From NCBI RefSeq assembly GCF_009914755.1, contig NC_060941.1: a stretch of 64,000 nucleotides of DNA, one strand, 5' to 3'. Origin of the DNA: the human T2T-CHM13v2.0 reference genome, Homo sapiens. Position 1 is the stretch's first letter, and every line of letters starts with the position of its first letter. The notes under the pieces are model-generated. The model was not told where the DNA came from and did no database searches. It saw only the letters and a program-made list of their open reading frames with translations. The position numbers and the translations under genes were made by a program. Shown here in pieces: positions 15,177 through 27,730 of this stretch.

Positions 15177-18013
15177 GGACAGACAGGTGCTGTCTCTAGC
15201 ATCACCTCTCAGCACGATTTTCCCGAGAGTTCACAGGTGGGGCAGGTGGTTGTTCTGACTCAACCAGAGCTTCCAGAGGGCTCTTTGATCCCTTTCTCAG
15301 TTAAACACAGAGCAGCATCTTCAGGGGTATGGCAGCTGTCCTCAAAGTTAGAAGCTGGATGCTAAATTAGGCAGTCTGTTCACTTTCCATCTGGTACCCA
15401 CTCCACTAAGTCCCAAGGCGCCTGTGCTGGGGTCGGCAGTGGCAGCCTGTAGTCCCCTTCTGCTCTCCCTTCCCAGGGGGTCCTGAAGAAGCCCTGGGGC
15501 AAGGGCTCAGGGATGAGGGGGCAGAAAGGCAGATTGAGCCCCTCCAAGCTGAGCACACTGGTGCAGGAGATGTAGACGTGGGAGGAGGGGAGCACGTTTG
15601 CTCGTGAGAGTGGCTCTGGCTTGCTGCCCTGGCCGGCTGTAGTGCACAGGGTGGGGCGTCGGTAGAGCCAGACCGTGGGCTGCTGCCTGGACGCCTCGCT
15701 GACATCCCTGTGCTGCGGTTACAGAGCTGCGCCCTTCTAGACTCTGGAAGTTGAGTAACAGGACCTGCTCTGCCCACCCAGGAGGGGCCTGCCGCTTCAC
15801 CAGAGGCACCAGTGGGGTCCCACAGTCACCTGAGGTACCCCTGGACTGTCTTGACGCCTAGAGGTCCGGGCAGGGGGTGGCTGCCATTAAAGGTGGGGTC
15901 TTTGCTGAGTGACCTTTTGTGTCCTGGATCCCTCAGGGCCTGGACTGCACTCCGGGTGGGGTCAGGCTCCCGAGGCCCCTGCTCTCTGGTTCTGGATGTT
16001 GTGGGTAGTTCTGTTGCTTTGGATGGCTGGGCCTTTGGATGGTGGCTTGTGGGGAAGGGACGGTGAGGAGTCAAAGATGAGCCAGGACCCATGTGGCCGG
16101 CACATGCGCTAGTGCCGGCATCTCATGTGTGCAGCGTGGGCTCCCTTAGTGCCTGGCACCTTAGTGCTCTGCTAAGTCTCATTGTTTAAAAATGTGTAGT
16201 TTATCTGCAGCTTTTCCTAGTTATTTTAATTACTTTTCATTTTATTTGAATAGTGTGTGCAAATGTAGAGAGTAAAACAATACTGCGGCCATTTCCTGCC
16301 CTCCCTTCCCCCAGGCAGCCACTCTTGGCTTGTTTCTTCTGATGTGCACACGTGTCCGTATTTCTAAATAACGTGCATATCCTGCTGTCTTCCCCCAAAA
16401 TGTGTACTTAACCAAAACAGCACCAGTGTCACTCCTGAAACAAAAATTACCAAGAATGTCTTAGTATCATCAAATACCTAAATGGTGTTCACAATTCCAC
16501 TTGCCTTAAAATTAATTTTTTCGATTATTTGACTTGAAGTCCAATTAAGGACTACACCTTGTGATTGTTTTTTCCCTAGCAATTTATTTTTTGAAGAATG
16601 AACTTTATTTTTATTGGATCTACTTAAAACATTTTTGTGTCACCTAGTAGCAGGGGATTTTGAATACATGTCATGTGTGTTTATAAAGCCAGCTCTCCAT
16701 ATCCCCCAGTGTCTCCAGGAGCTGCTTTTGTGACCTCACTGCCTGATCTCTTTATCATCTTCAGGTGCTTGACCCTTGCACAGAGAGAAGCTTCCTGGGC
16801 TACAGGGCATGGCAGCCTGTCCTTTCGGGGAGTGAGATTAGATTTAGTCCCTGCACTTTGCCTCTCTAGAAGCAGCTTCTCGCCTTTCCCTCCCGAGGGC
16901 TGGCAGGAGTCACTGTCAGTCACCCTTCATGGGGTCTGAAAGGTTGCATGGGCTCACCTGGTCTTAGACAAGGACAGTTGCAGCTTCCGCACCAGGCAGA
17001 CCTGCAGTTTGAGTGGCTGGGGATAGGTGGAGCGGCGGCCTGGCCACAGTGCCCTGGACAGCAGCACATCACATCAGTTAACACTGTTTGCCTTCCAACT
17101 AGTTATTACGGTGTCCTGTGGGACAATTAGACTGGAGGAGCCAAAGGAATGTGCAGGGGCACTGGGTTTCTGTTTGGAGAGAGGCTCTCGGTAAACAGAG
17201 TTCGCATTCCTCCAGATTCTGTGGGACCAGAGTAAATATCATTATGCCACAGCCAGGCTTAAGCAATCTATCTGCAGTGCCGTTCCCGCAGCGCACACTG
17301 CTCCCTCTGTCTCTGCCGATGACCTTCGAGGCTGTCCTAGGCAGGTTCTCCCTGAGGAGCTCCCCACACCAAGCCTCCCTAACTCTGCAAAGCAGCCGGA
17401 GCAACAGAGAGCAGCGGGCGGCGGGCGGCGGCCGCCGCAGTCCTCCCGGCTTTCTAGGTGCGCGGGGCTGTCGTGTTCCAGTCCGTGTTCCCCGTCGCTG
17501 GAGTGCAGCTTAAGTGCGAATCATTTCTTGGAAAGTTTAGAGATAATTTTGTCAACTACCCACAATATGTATGTGTGGACTAGATTACTTTCTTATTTCA
17601 GGATCTAAAGGCAAAATGGAAAAACGTCACATTTTGTGGTTATTACCAGGGACTGAAGTGAGTTGCCCGGTGGCCCCTGGTGGCTTTAGCTCCCCTGGTC
17701 ACCTGAAGGGCTGCAGTGACCCCTCCTGGCCAGCAGAGGTATTGGCCCAGCCAGGCTGGGGGAGGCTGAAACTGCTTCCCTTCTCTGCAGCCACAAAGGG
17801 CTGGATTCCTTGGGCGCCAGGAGGGGAGGATTTTTCTTTTCCCTCCGATAGCCCTACTGGGCGCTAAGATTGTTGTGAATCATTACCCTCAGAATTTGGA
17901 CTTTCTAGATGCTTCTTAACCCATGATTTAGGTGAGTAAACTTGGAAAAATGTTTTTGCAAAACTTGATGATCAAGCTGAACGTAGAACGATATTCCTAA
18001 TGGGTGTGTTTGC

Positions 18014-18633
18014 CTTTTTTCCCCCTTTTGAGACAGGGTCTCACTCTGTCACCCAGGCTGGAGTGAGTGGCATGATCATGCCTCGCTGCGTACTTGACCT
18101 CATGGGCTCAAGCGACCCTCCTGCCTCAGCCTCCTGAGTAGCTGGGACCACAGGCACATACAACATTCCCAGCTAATTTTTTGTATTTTTGATTGATAGA
18201 GATGGTTTTGCCACGTTGCCCAGGCTGGTCTTAAACTCCTGGGCTCAAGTAAGATTGCCGTCCTGGGATTAGAGGCGTGAGCTGCTGCAGCGGCCTGCTT
18301 TTCTTTGAAGCCTGAGAAATGTTGAGGGCCGGGCACAGTGGTTGACACCTGTAATCCTGGCGCTTTGGGAGGCCGAGGTTGGTGAATCACCTGAGGTTAG
18401 AAGTTTGAGACCAGCCTGGCCAACATGGTGAAACCCCATCTCTACTAAAAATAAAAAAATTAGCTGCGTGTGGTGGTGGGTGCCTGTAACCCCAGCTACT
18501 TGGGAGGGTGAGGCAGGAGAATCGCTTGAGCCCAGGAGGTGGAGGTTGCAACGTGAGCCGAGATTGCGTCATTGCACTCCAGCCTGGGCGACAAGAGTGA
18601 AACTCTCACTCTCCCTCGAAAAAAAAAAAAAAA
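18014..18633. mobile_element. Head-to-head Alus: - AluJ ~18014-18295, + AluS ~18326-18633
   Basis: Alu consensus in opposite orientations. Confidence 0.88.
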
Positions 18634-19227
18634 TGTTGATCCTGTCTTGGTCCCCCTGGGATCCGTCTTTTCTGACGTTTGCCGCTGTCTCCCCTCATCC
18701 CCCAGGTTGCTAGTTAATTCTCTCCCCTCGTGCCTGCACCCTGCTGCCCTAGCTAGCCTGGCCACCTCACTGCCGTGTCCTGCATCAGGCCAGCCACAGA
18801 GTCCTACAGGTCCGGGGCTTGCTTGTGGGAACGGCTTGTTCTTCTAGACTCTGGGGGCGGGGGCTTGGGTGTGTTTCCTTACTTGTAAAAGGTCCTGTTG
18901 TTTTTGGGAGCAGGGAGTAATGGCGGATGAGACGCTGTGTGGAGGCGGCAGCTCCTGGTATGGGGTAACGCCCTGTCCCCTCATTGGCAGGTGGTTTGCA
19001 TGAAGCATCAGGCCAGAGGGTGTGAGTGCCAAGCCCTCACCCCACATGCTGCTCCTGTTAAAAGCAAACTCCACTGACCCCCCCGGGAAGTCAGGATTTG
19101 GGATTTACTTCCTGGAATGCTTGCCTCTGGCTGCTGGGAATTGGGGCCTTTCCCCAAAGCCTGAACCAGGCCTCACAGTGGCCATCAGGCACAGAATGGA
19201 TGGGCACAGCTGAGTGGCTCCACTGGC

Positions 19228-19233
19228 TTTAAT
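19228..19233 (-). terminator. DNAH17: Probable DNAH17 polyadenylation signal ATTAAA
   Basis: tttaat on +; first common hexamer about 190 nt downstream of the DNAH17 stop. Confidence 0.65.
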
Positions 19234-19419
19234 CTGCCCCACCTCTTCCACACCAACCTCCACCCTCTGGTTCCGATGTGCTTGGTTACAAAGCACCTGA
19301 TTATTTAAGAGAACGAAAAACCACCACCAGTTCCTGTAAAGAATAAGTCACAGGTGCACAGGTGAAGGGCTGAGTTGTGGTCCAGCCCCAGGGAGTGTGG
19401 GCTGTGAGGCAGGAGCGAG

Positions 19420-19667
19420 CTAAACCTGTAGGAGCAGCGCCACGGCTGCCAGGATCCACTTCGCTGCCTTCTCTTTGGTCTTCAAGTTAAAGGTCCAGAC
19501 ATAGGTGGGGCCGCGGATGCGTGTTTTGTACACGGGACACTCATAGATGTTCTTGGTCTCCATGCGGTCCACAGGAATGGCCTTGATGAAGATGACAGGC
19601 ATGGCCGGGGTCAGCTCTTTCAGCCGCGCTTCAGCGATGACTCCAGTCTGGGTGTCCCAGCGAGCCC
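19420..19667 (-). CDS. DNAH17: DNAH17 final coding exon (ex81), C-terminal domain
   Basis: cag|GGGCTCGC; (G)[34 protein letters not shown]...[41 protein letters not shown]; typical axonemal dynein C-terminus. Confidence 0.97.
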
Positions 19668-20175
19668 CTGCAGGGACAGTATGGCTGAGGGTCAGGTGTG
19701 CTGCCAGTAAGTGAGGGAGGGGCTGGCAGGAAGGGTGGGGTCCTCACACTCCCCGCCCTCTGCAGAGCTGGGCTCTACCCCAAAAGGCTTCAGGCCAGCT
19801 GCCACAGCTGGAAGCAGAGGCCTTCGTAGGTGATGGCCTGCATGTTGTAACTACCCCGTCCCGCTGGGCTCAAGGAACAGCTCAGCTAAAGCCCTCGGGT
19901 TCCATCCGTTTAAATCTGTGGCATTTTCAGAGCCTCATCTGTCAGCCTTAATGTCAGTGGCAGGAAGTCATAACTCCAGCTAAAAATTACAGAGTAAAGT
20001 TCCCTGATTCTTAATGTGTAATGTCTGCCCTATGTGTACATACACAATATAATTATACATCTGTGCATATAAATATTGCCTTTAACCAGACTGCTATTAT
20101 TTCTACTCGCCCTATTTAATGGTGTTTTTATTTCCTGTCTGAAATCTCAAAATAAACAAACATGGAGAGCTTATC
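19575..20175 (+). other. PGS1: PGS1 non-coding terminal 3'UTR exon (probably exon 10), overlapping DNAH17 antisense
   Basis: Acceptor ttcttggtctccatgcggtccacag|GAATGG; AATAAA at 20151-20156 followed by a GU-rich element; agrees with my recollection of PGS1 mRNA structure; 3' end approximate. Confidence 0.75.
20151..20156 (+). terminator. PGS1: PGS1 polyadenylation signal AATAAA
   Basis: Canonical hexamer, upstream TGTA motifs, downstream tctttggttgtgtgg. Confidence 0.75.
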
Positions 20176-20859
20176 TTTGGTTGTGTGGGAAATGGGGTGC
20201 CTGAGCCGTTGCTGGCCCAACCCTGCCACCCCACAGGTAATGGGGTGACGTCAGCTGTTGAAGGGGACAGGTATGTGGTGGTGGCATTGCTGCTCAACTC
20301 AGAGGCGGGCTGAGAAGATGGCCGGCCTCGGTGTCCTGGCTGACCTCTTCTGTGTAGCAGGACAGGGGTGATGTGGGGGCGGACTTCTAACAGGTGCCCC
20401 AGCCTCTTTTCCCTTGAACCCTGTGTTCCAGGAGTGGCAGCAGCTGGGGAGTGGGTGAGACTGGGCCAGCCAGCATGACCTGGAGTCTCAGTGCAGCCAC
20501 AAAACGCACTTCTGCCCTGGGCTGACTGCTCCGTGGCAGGGAAAGCCTGGGCTTTTCAGCGCTTTTCATCACGTCGGAGCTGCTCTCTCACAAGCTCTGC
20601 TGTTTTCATTAAAGCAGAGGCCAGGTGACTGGGGTGTTTTTGGTCTCCTCCAGACCCTGCACATTCCCTGAATCCTCTCAACCCTCTCTAGGGTCAGCGT
20701 GGCTCTGACCTGCAGGCTGATGCCCCCTGAGAGCACCTCTCTCCTGCCTGTCCCCACAGCTCTTGAACAGCCTGTCTTTGCCAAGAGCTAGTTTTATCTT
20801 GTCTTGGCAAGTAGCACTGGCTCTGGAAGCTTCTGCAGACAGACAAGAGCCCTCCTTAC

Positions 20860-21085
20860 CTTCCATGAAGAGTCCGTACACGTAGGAGCCCTCTCGCGGA
20901 GGAGCGGTCATGTCCTCTCGGTTTTTCTTGGTCACCTCGACAGACAGACACATCTTGTCCAGGGGCCACTCGTTCTTCCTGGCCATGGACTGCATGATGG
21001 CCGTGAGGAACGACTGGGGGTTGAAGAAGCCGGCCAGCCACACGGTGGTGGGCAGGGCAAAGTCTGTCGTCCAGGCCTCGAGTTC
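20860..21085 (-). CDS. DNAH17: DNAH17 ex80
   Basis: ag/gt bounded, 226 nt; [32 protein letters not shown]...YVYGLFME. Confidence 0.96.
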
Positions 21086-21252
21086 CTGCAAGGACACACG
21101 AGCCGCTAGGAGGAGAGGACATAGAATGACATGGGAACGACCGGGCCTTGGCCGTTCTGAGCAGGGGTCACGCCAGAACCTTCCACGGGCCACTCAGCGA
21201 GCTAGAAGTGCTGGACAGAGTAGGGGCCATGGAGCCCAGCCACCTACCATGA

Positions 21253-21580
<328 letters not shown>

Positions 21581-21958
21581 TAAACAAGGGAACAGGTAGA
21601 GAAGGGTCAGGAAGAAAATGGCTTCCTGTTTGTGGATAATTTAGGAGCCCAAAGAGGCTCTTGCCTTCATTGCCTCGCTCCTTATAGAGGACGGCTTACC
21701 CTTTGAGGGTCGCTTGAGGAGGAGCTGATGGAAGCTGCTCTGCGGCCTGGCTTGTTTTCCTCCTTTGGGAGGAAATGGCTGCACTGTCAGGGTGTGGGAG
21801 GGGCATGGGCTAGGCCCTTCTGGCCCTGATCTGACAGAGGACAGGCCCCCAGGAGCCTCCTGGCCATGCTCCTGCAGGCTCTAGGGTGTGGGGCGTGCCG
21901 AGCTCTGGGCACTCGGTCCCCGAGTCTTAGGAAGCCTCTCAGAGAAAACGGCACTTAC

Positions 21959-22102
21959 CCTGATGCGGAGCAGCAGGTCTGCGTACCAGGCCGCCAGGCC
22001 CATCATGGAGGGGTAGGCCCGGGCCACCCACGTATCAGGCACGGTGTCATAGAAGAGAGCCGTGGACAGATCTTCCACGTCGGTCGTGATGGTCAGTTCT
22101 CC
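21959..22102 (-). CDS. DNAH17: DNAH17 ex79
   Basis: 144 nt; [32 protein letters not shown]...LLLRIR. Confidence 0.96.
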
Positions 22103-22427
22103 CTAGGAGACACACAGATGGGTGTGGGGAGCCCTGAGCTGGGGCCTGGGAGAGCACCAGCCCCAGTGCGTGTCATGAGTTGTCAACACAGTGTGGCTTT
22201 GTGCTGCGCCTCTGGAGACGCCCTGCATCAGGGCCACGCAAGCGCTTCCTGCTAAGGAACGGTCTAGATGAGCTCCCGGGGCTTGTTCTGGAACTGCCAG
22301 AGCTCTGGAGAGGGAGCAGTACCATGCTGATCCGGGGCCTGTGCTAGGCCTGGGTTGCCAGAGGCCTGGGTTTCTGCTGGTTTCACCATCCAGCCACGTC
22401 CCTGGGGCCGGGCTGACCCATGTTTAC

Positions 22428-22610
22428 CTTCAGCCCCAGGTTCAGCTCCTTGAGCGAACGGCGCATTTCGTTGGTCAGGATGTTCATTCTTTCACATTCT
22501 TGAAAGGCGACTACCACATAGGGGGTCTTTTCCGCTGCCTTTGCCATGATCTCAGCCATGTTGAAAGTCTCCGGAATCTTCTCCAGGATGTCGTCCAGCA
22601 CGGCCTTCAC
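22428..22610 (-). CDS. DNAH17: DNAH17 ex78
   Basis: 183 nt; [16 protein letters not shown]...FQECERMN...LNLGLK. Confidence 0.96.
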
Positions 22611-23191
22611 CTGGAAGCCAGTCCCCGGACAGCCCCTGTCACTGCAAAGAGCCCACCCCACCCACTGCAGGGTCAGGGAGCCTGCCCAAAATGTTCCCAG
22701 CCCCAAGTCCTGGAGAGGAGGGAAGAGGCAAGTAGAGTTGCCAGAAATGCAGGGTCATGGGTGCAGCCACACATTTGATGAGGAGAGGGAGCCTTGGCCA
22801 GCGGCTCCGAGCATTCTGATCTCACTACAAGTCCCTGCAGCCGCGGCCATGAGCGCATCAGGCCACCTGGCTCGGTGCCTCATTTGTTCATTCCCACGCA
22901 CCAGCCTCTGGTCAAATGTAGCCAGCGGTTGAGGGATTGCGACTTTGTCCTTTACGTGGGCTTTCTGTAGGGACCATGCTGGTCACACCCTGTTAAGGAG
23001 TGGCCCACACAGTGCAGTGGTCACCTGCACCACCGTCTGTCAGCCAATTCCTGATTTCAGTCATTAGACTAAGAGAAAGTCCTGGACCTAATAGGAATAA
23101 GGGTCTCACATCAAGAATTCAGTCTTTACCGGGAAGTCCTGTACTTAGCTAGTACGTAATAGAGCCTTTCCACATTCTATTAAGAAGTACA

Positions 23192-23722
<531 letters not shown>

Positions 23723-24024
23723 CTAGGGAAGCTGGAAGACTGCAGGGTGGAGGGCTGGGATGCTCTCGGAGCCGCATCCACACCCCCAAGGATCCCTTTT
23801 GTCTGGGCCCGTACGCTCACCCGAAGCCTGCAGCTGCCACGTCTGAGGACCTGCTGACCAGCCTGCGGGCCATACCCCAGTGTTTCTGATACCCAAGCCC
23901 GAGGCTGGGGCAGAGTGTACCTCACCAGCAAGTTCCCCTGTACTGCCGCCAGTCCCTGTGACCCCCTCCTCAGTTCTAGATCCTCCCCCTTCCTCTCGCT
24001 TGGGAGCAGTTTCAAAGATCCTGC

Positions 24025-24207
24025 CTTCTCCTCGCGGGACACTCCCGTGCCTGCCCCCGAGTCCGTCTCTTTTGGCTGCATTTCCAGGACAGTGCGGAAC
24101 AGCTTCTCTGAGGTGACCGTCAGAAAGCCAATCTCTGCGTTGGGGTGCAGGCCATACAGATAGGGACTCTCAGGGGGCAGGTTCTCATCGATGTATTCGT
24201 GGTAACC
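24025..24207 (-). CDS. DNAH17: DNAH17 ex77 (ends at a GC donor)
   Basis: 183 nt; [26 protein letters not shown]...VSREEK; donor AAG|gcagga. Confidence 0.9.
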
Positions 24208-24621
24208 CTGAAAAAGAGGGCAGTTTGTAAGCAGAGGCAAAGCTGTGCAGGCTGAAACCCATGTCCTGTTGGTTAAGCATTCCTTGCCAGAACGTTCACC
24301 CACACCTTGCTGTCTGTACAGATCCCACTTGTTTCCCAGCCCCCTTTGTGGGCTGCCCCCTGTGCTCCCAGCGACATAAAGGAAAATTCCATTCCCCCTT
24401 CCCTGAGGCTGCATTTCTTTCTTTAAAAAAAAAAAAAAAAAAAAAAAGGTTGTTTGTATTAGCCTTGTGCTTCTTCCAAGTGAGACGCATTTCTCATCCT
24501 CTCTTATTTTGGCTGCCTGGGTTCTTGCTCAATTATTGACACTCCATTTGTGCTGGCAGGCTCTCACCGGGAGGCACGAGCCTTCATTACGTTGAGCTCC
24601 TGTTTAACTTGTCATCCTTAC

Positions 24622-24801
24622 CTTGTAGTCCAGGTTGGGGGGGATCTGAAAGCCGGGGGCCAGCAGGACGTCTCCCTCCAGCATCTCCGTCCGGATGTAT
24701 TCAGCCAGGTAGGTCCTGCACAGCCGACGGTCCCAGTCATCTGTGATGTGGCCGCCATACATGATTTCACCAAAAAGGTAGCGGAGATCGTCCCAGGGCA
24801 C
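24622..24801 (-). CDS. DNAH17: DNAH17 ex76
   Basis: 180 nt; [27 protein letters not shown]...PPNLDYK. Confidence 0.96.
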
Positions 24802-26057
24802 CTGAGGAAGGATGACAGCGGGTAGGGGAAAGTGCCCCTGTGCCCCTTCTCTGCCATGAGAGGGTCAGGCTCAGGCAGGCAGGGCGTGGGAACCCAGCCA
24901 TTGGTGCTGTGTCCTTCTCGCCCTCCAGGTCAGCCTCCTGGCCATTTACCTTCAGGGTCACCAGGCCCCAGGGCCACCTTTCTTTCCATTCCGCGCCACC
25001 AGACGCCAATGTCCGGCCCCTTTGGCTTCTCTCACAAGGGGCTGTGTGGCACCTCCCTCCACCTTGGACAGCGCTTCCACAGCCGGCATGCTCTGCACCT
25101 CCCGTGGGGCAGGTGTTTCTGCTGTGCCTCACTGTGCCTCAGAGGCCACAGGGCTGAATCGGAACTCGCTCCCTCTGCCTCTCCCACTCTGTGTTACCAT
25201 CTGAGACTCTGCCCTTCACGGTCCAATTTCAACACAAGTGGTTTGATTCTGTGTGGCTCAAGGATTGACTCCAGTGCCGTCAACCTTTTGGCCACGAAGT
25301 CGTTAGTCATGTCTTCAGATGCATCTGGTGAGTCTCCCTTCCACCCTGTGGAAGTAGAGTCCTTCCTGGTTCTCATCCTTCCAGTAGCTCCCGTGCCTCC
25401 AGGGTCTTTGCAGTCACATAGAGGGTTTGAGCAAGTGACTTATCTGACCTAGGCTGCCCAGGCCTTAGGGAACGAAGACCAAACTCGGCAGTGTGGACCA
25501 GAGCACACGCCAGGCGACCACACGCTTCCCACCCCGCCGCCGTTCCCACTCCCTTCATGCTTCCTTGCAGTCTCACGTCACACCTTTGCTCTGGAACATT
25601 CTTCTTCCTACAAAGCCTGGCTCATGGGCGGCCTCGCCATGAAGCCAGGCCCTTGTTCTTCCCGCCTCCATGTGCCCGTTTTGGAGCCTCTTTCTCCTGC
25701 ACAGCGCAGTTCAGCAGAAGGACGGTGGGAGCCACGGATTGAGGCCACATGTGTCATTTTAAATTTTGTGGCAGCCACTTTAAAAGAGATCATTCCAACA
25801 TGTAATTGGGATAAAAATAAGATAATTGATTCTTTTTTGGTACCCAGCATGTGAAATCCTGCCGCTCACAGTCAGCTTCTTCCTGCTTCCGCACACCTGT
25901 TCTTTCCCTGAAGTTTGCAGCTCCTGAAGGGCGAGGCAGATGTTTTCATAACATCACTTCCACTGTGCGCTGGCCGGAAGAGCTGTCATCAAATACCAGT
26001 GGGAGTTCATTGAATAAGAATCAGTTGATGAATCAATCATCTGATTTGGTCTCATGA

Positions 26058-26679
<622 letters not shown>

Positions 26680-27364
26680 TAGTCTCATGACTTTTTACTC
26701 AAAACGTTAATGTTTTCCACATTATCATTAGCGACTTACAACCTTCTCTGTCTGGTCATCACAACTGTTTGCGGGCTGCTTTTCCTGCATCTTGCTTAGC
26801 AGCTTTGGAGGCAGCGTCTGTGTCTCCCGAGAGGCAGGAAGACCTGTGCCCCTCTCCCCCTCCTGGCCCCACACGCTCCTCAGGAGGGTTGCTTCCCGCA
26901 GGGGGTGGGGGTGAGTGCTGTCTGCATTTCCCGTACCTGCTGAGGGAACCCCCCACCCCGAGACTCCTGGGGGAGCTGTAGCTCTCAGGCCCCTCCCTGG
27001 GAGTCCCTGCAGGTTGCTCTGTGTTTCAAAGCAACGTTCCATCAGACTTTTGTGTTCCGTTCGCATGGGAATCCCTGATCTATTTCCTCAGAGCCCAGAC
27101 GGCTAAACAGGCCGTGGACACAGATGACATCATTCCCGGTGGTCACTCAGCGTGTAGCATGACCTGTGCCATGAAGGGAATATGGGAGCCGGTGGGGAGT
27201 CTGTGGAGGGGGAGGGAGGCCTGAGGACAGAGGGAAGGTTGGCCAGCGCAGGCCACATCAGGACACAGCTCCTCAGGATGTGGCAGCCGCTGATGTACAT
27301 GGTACTCGCGCGGCTTCTCAGCAGCTTAGAAGCTGCCCAGCGTGTGTCAATGGGCAACGGCTAA

Positions 27365-27730
<366 letters not shown>

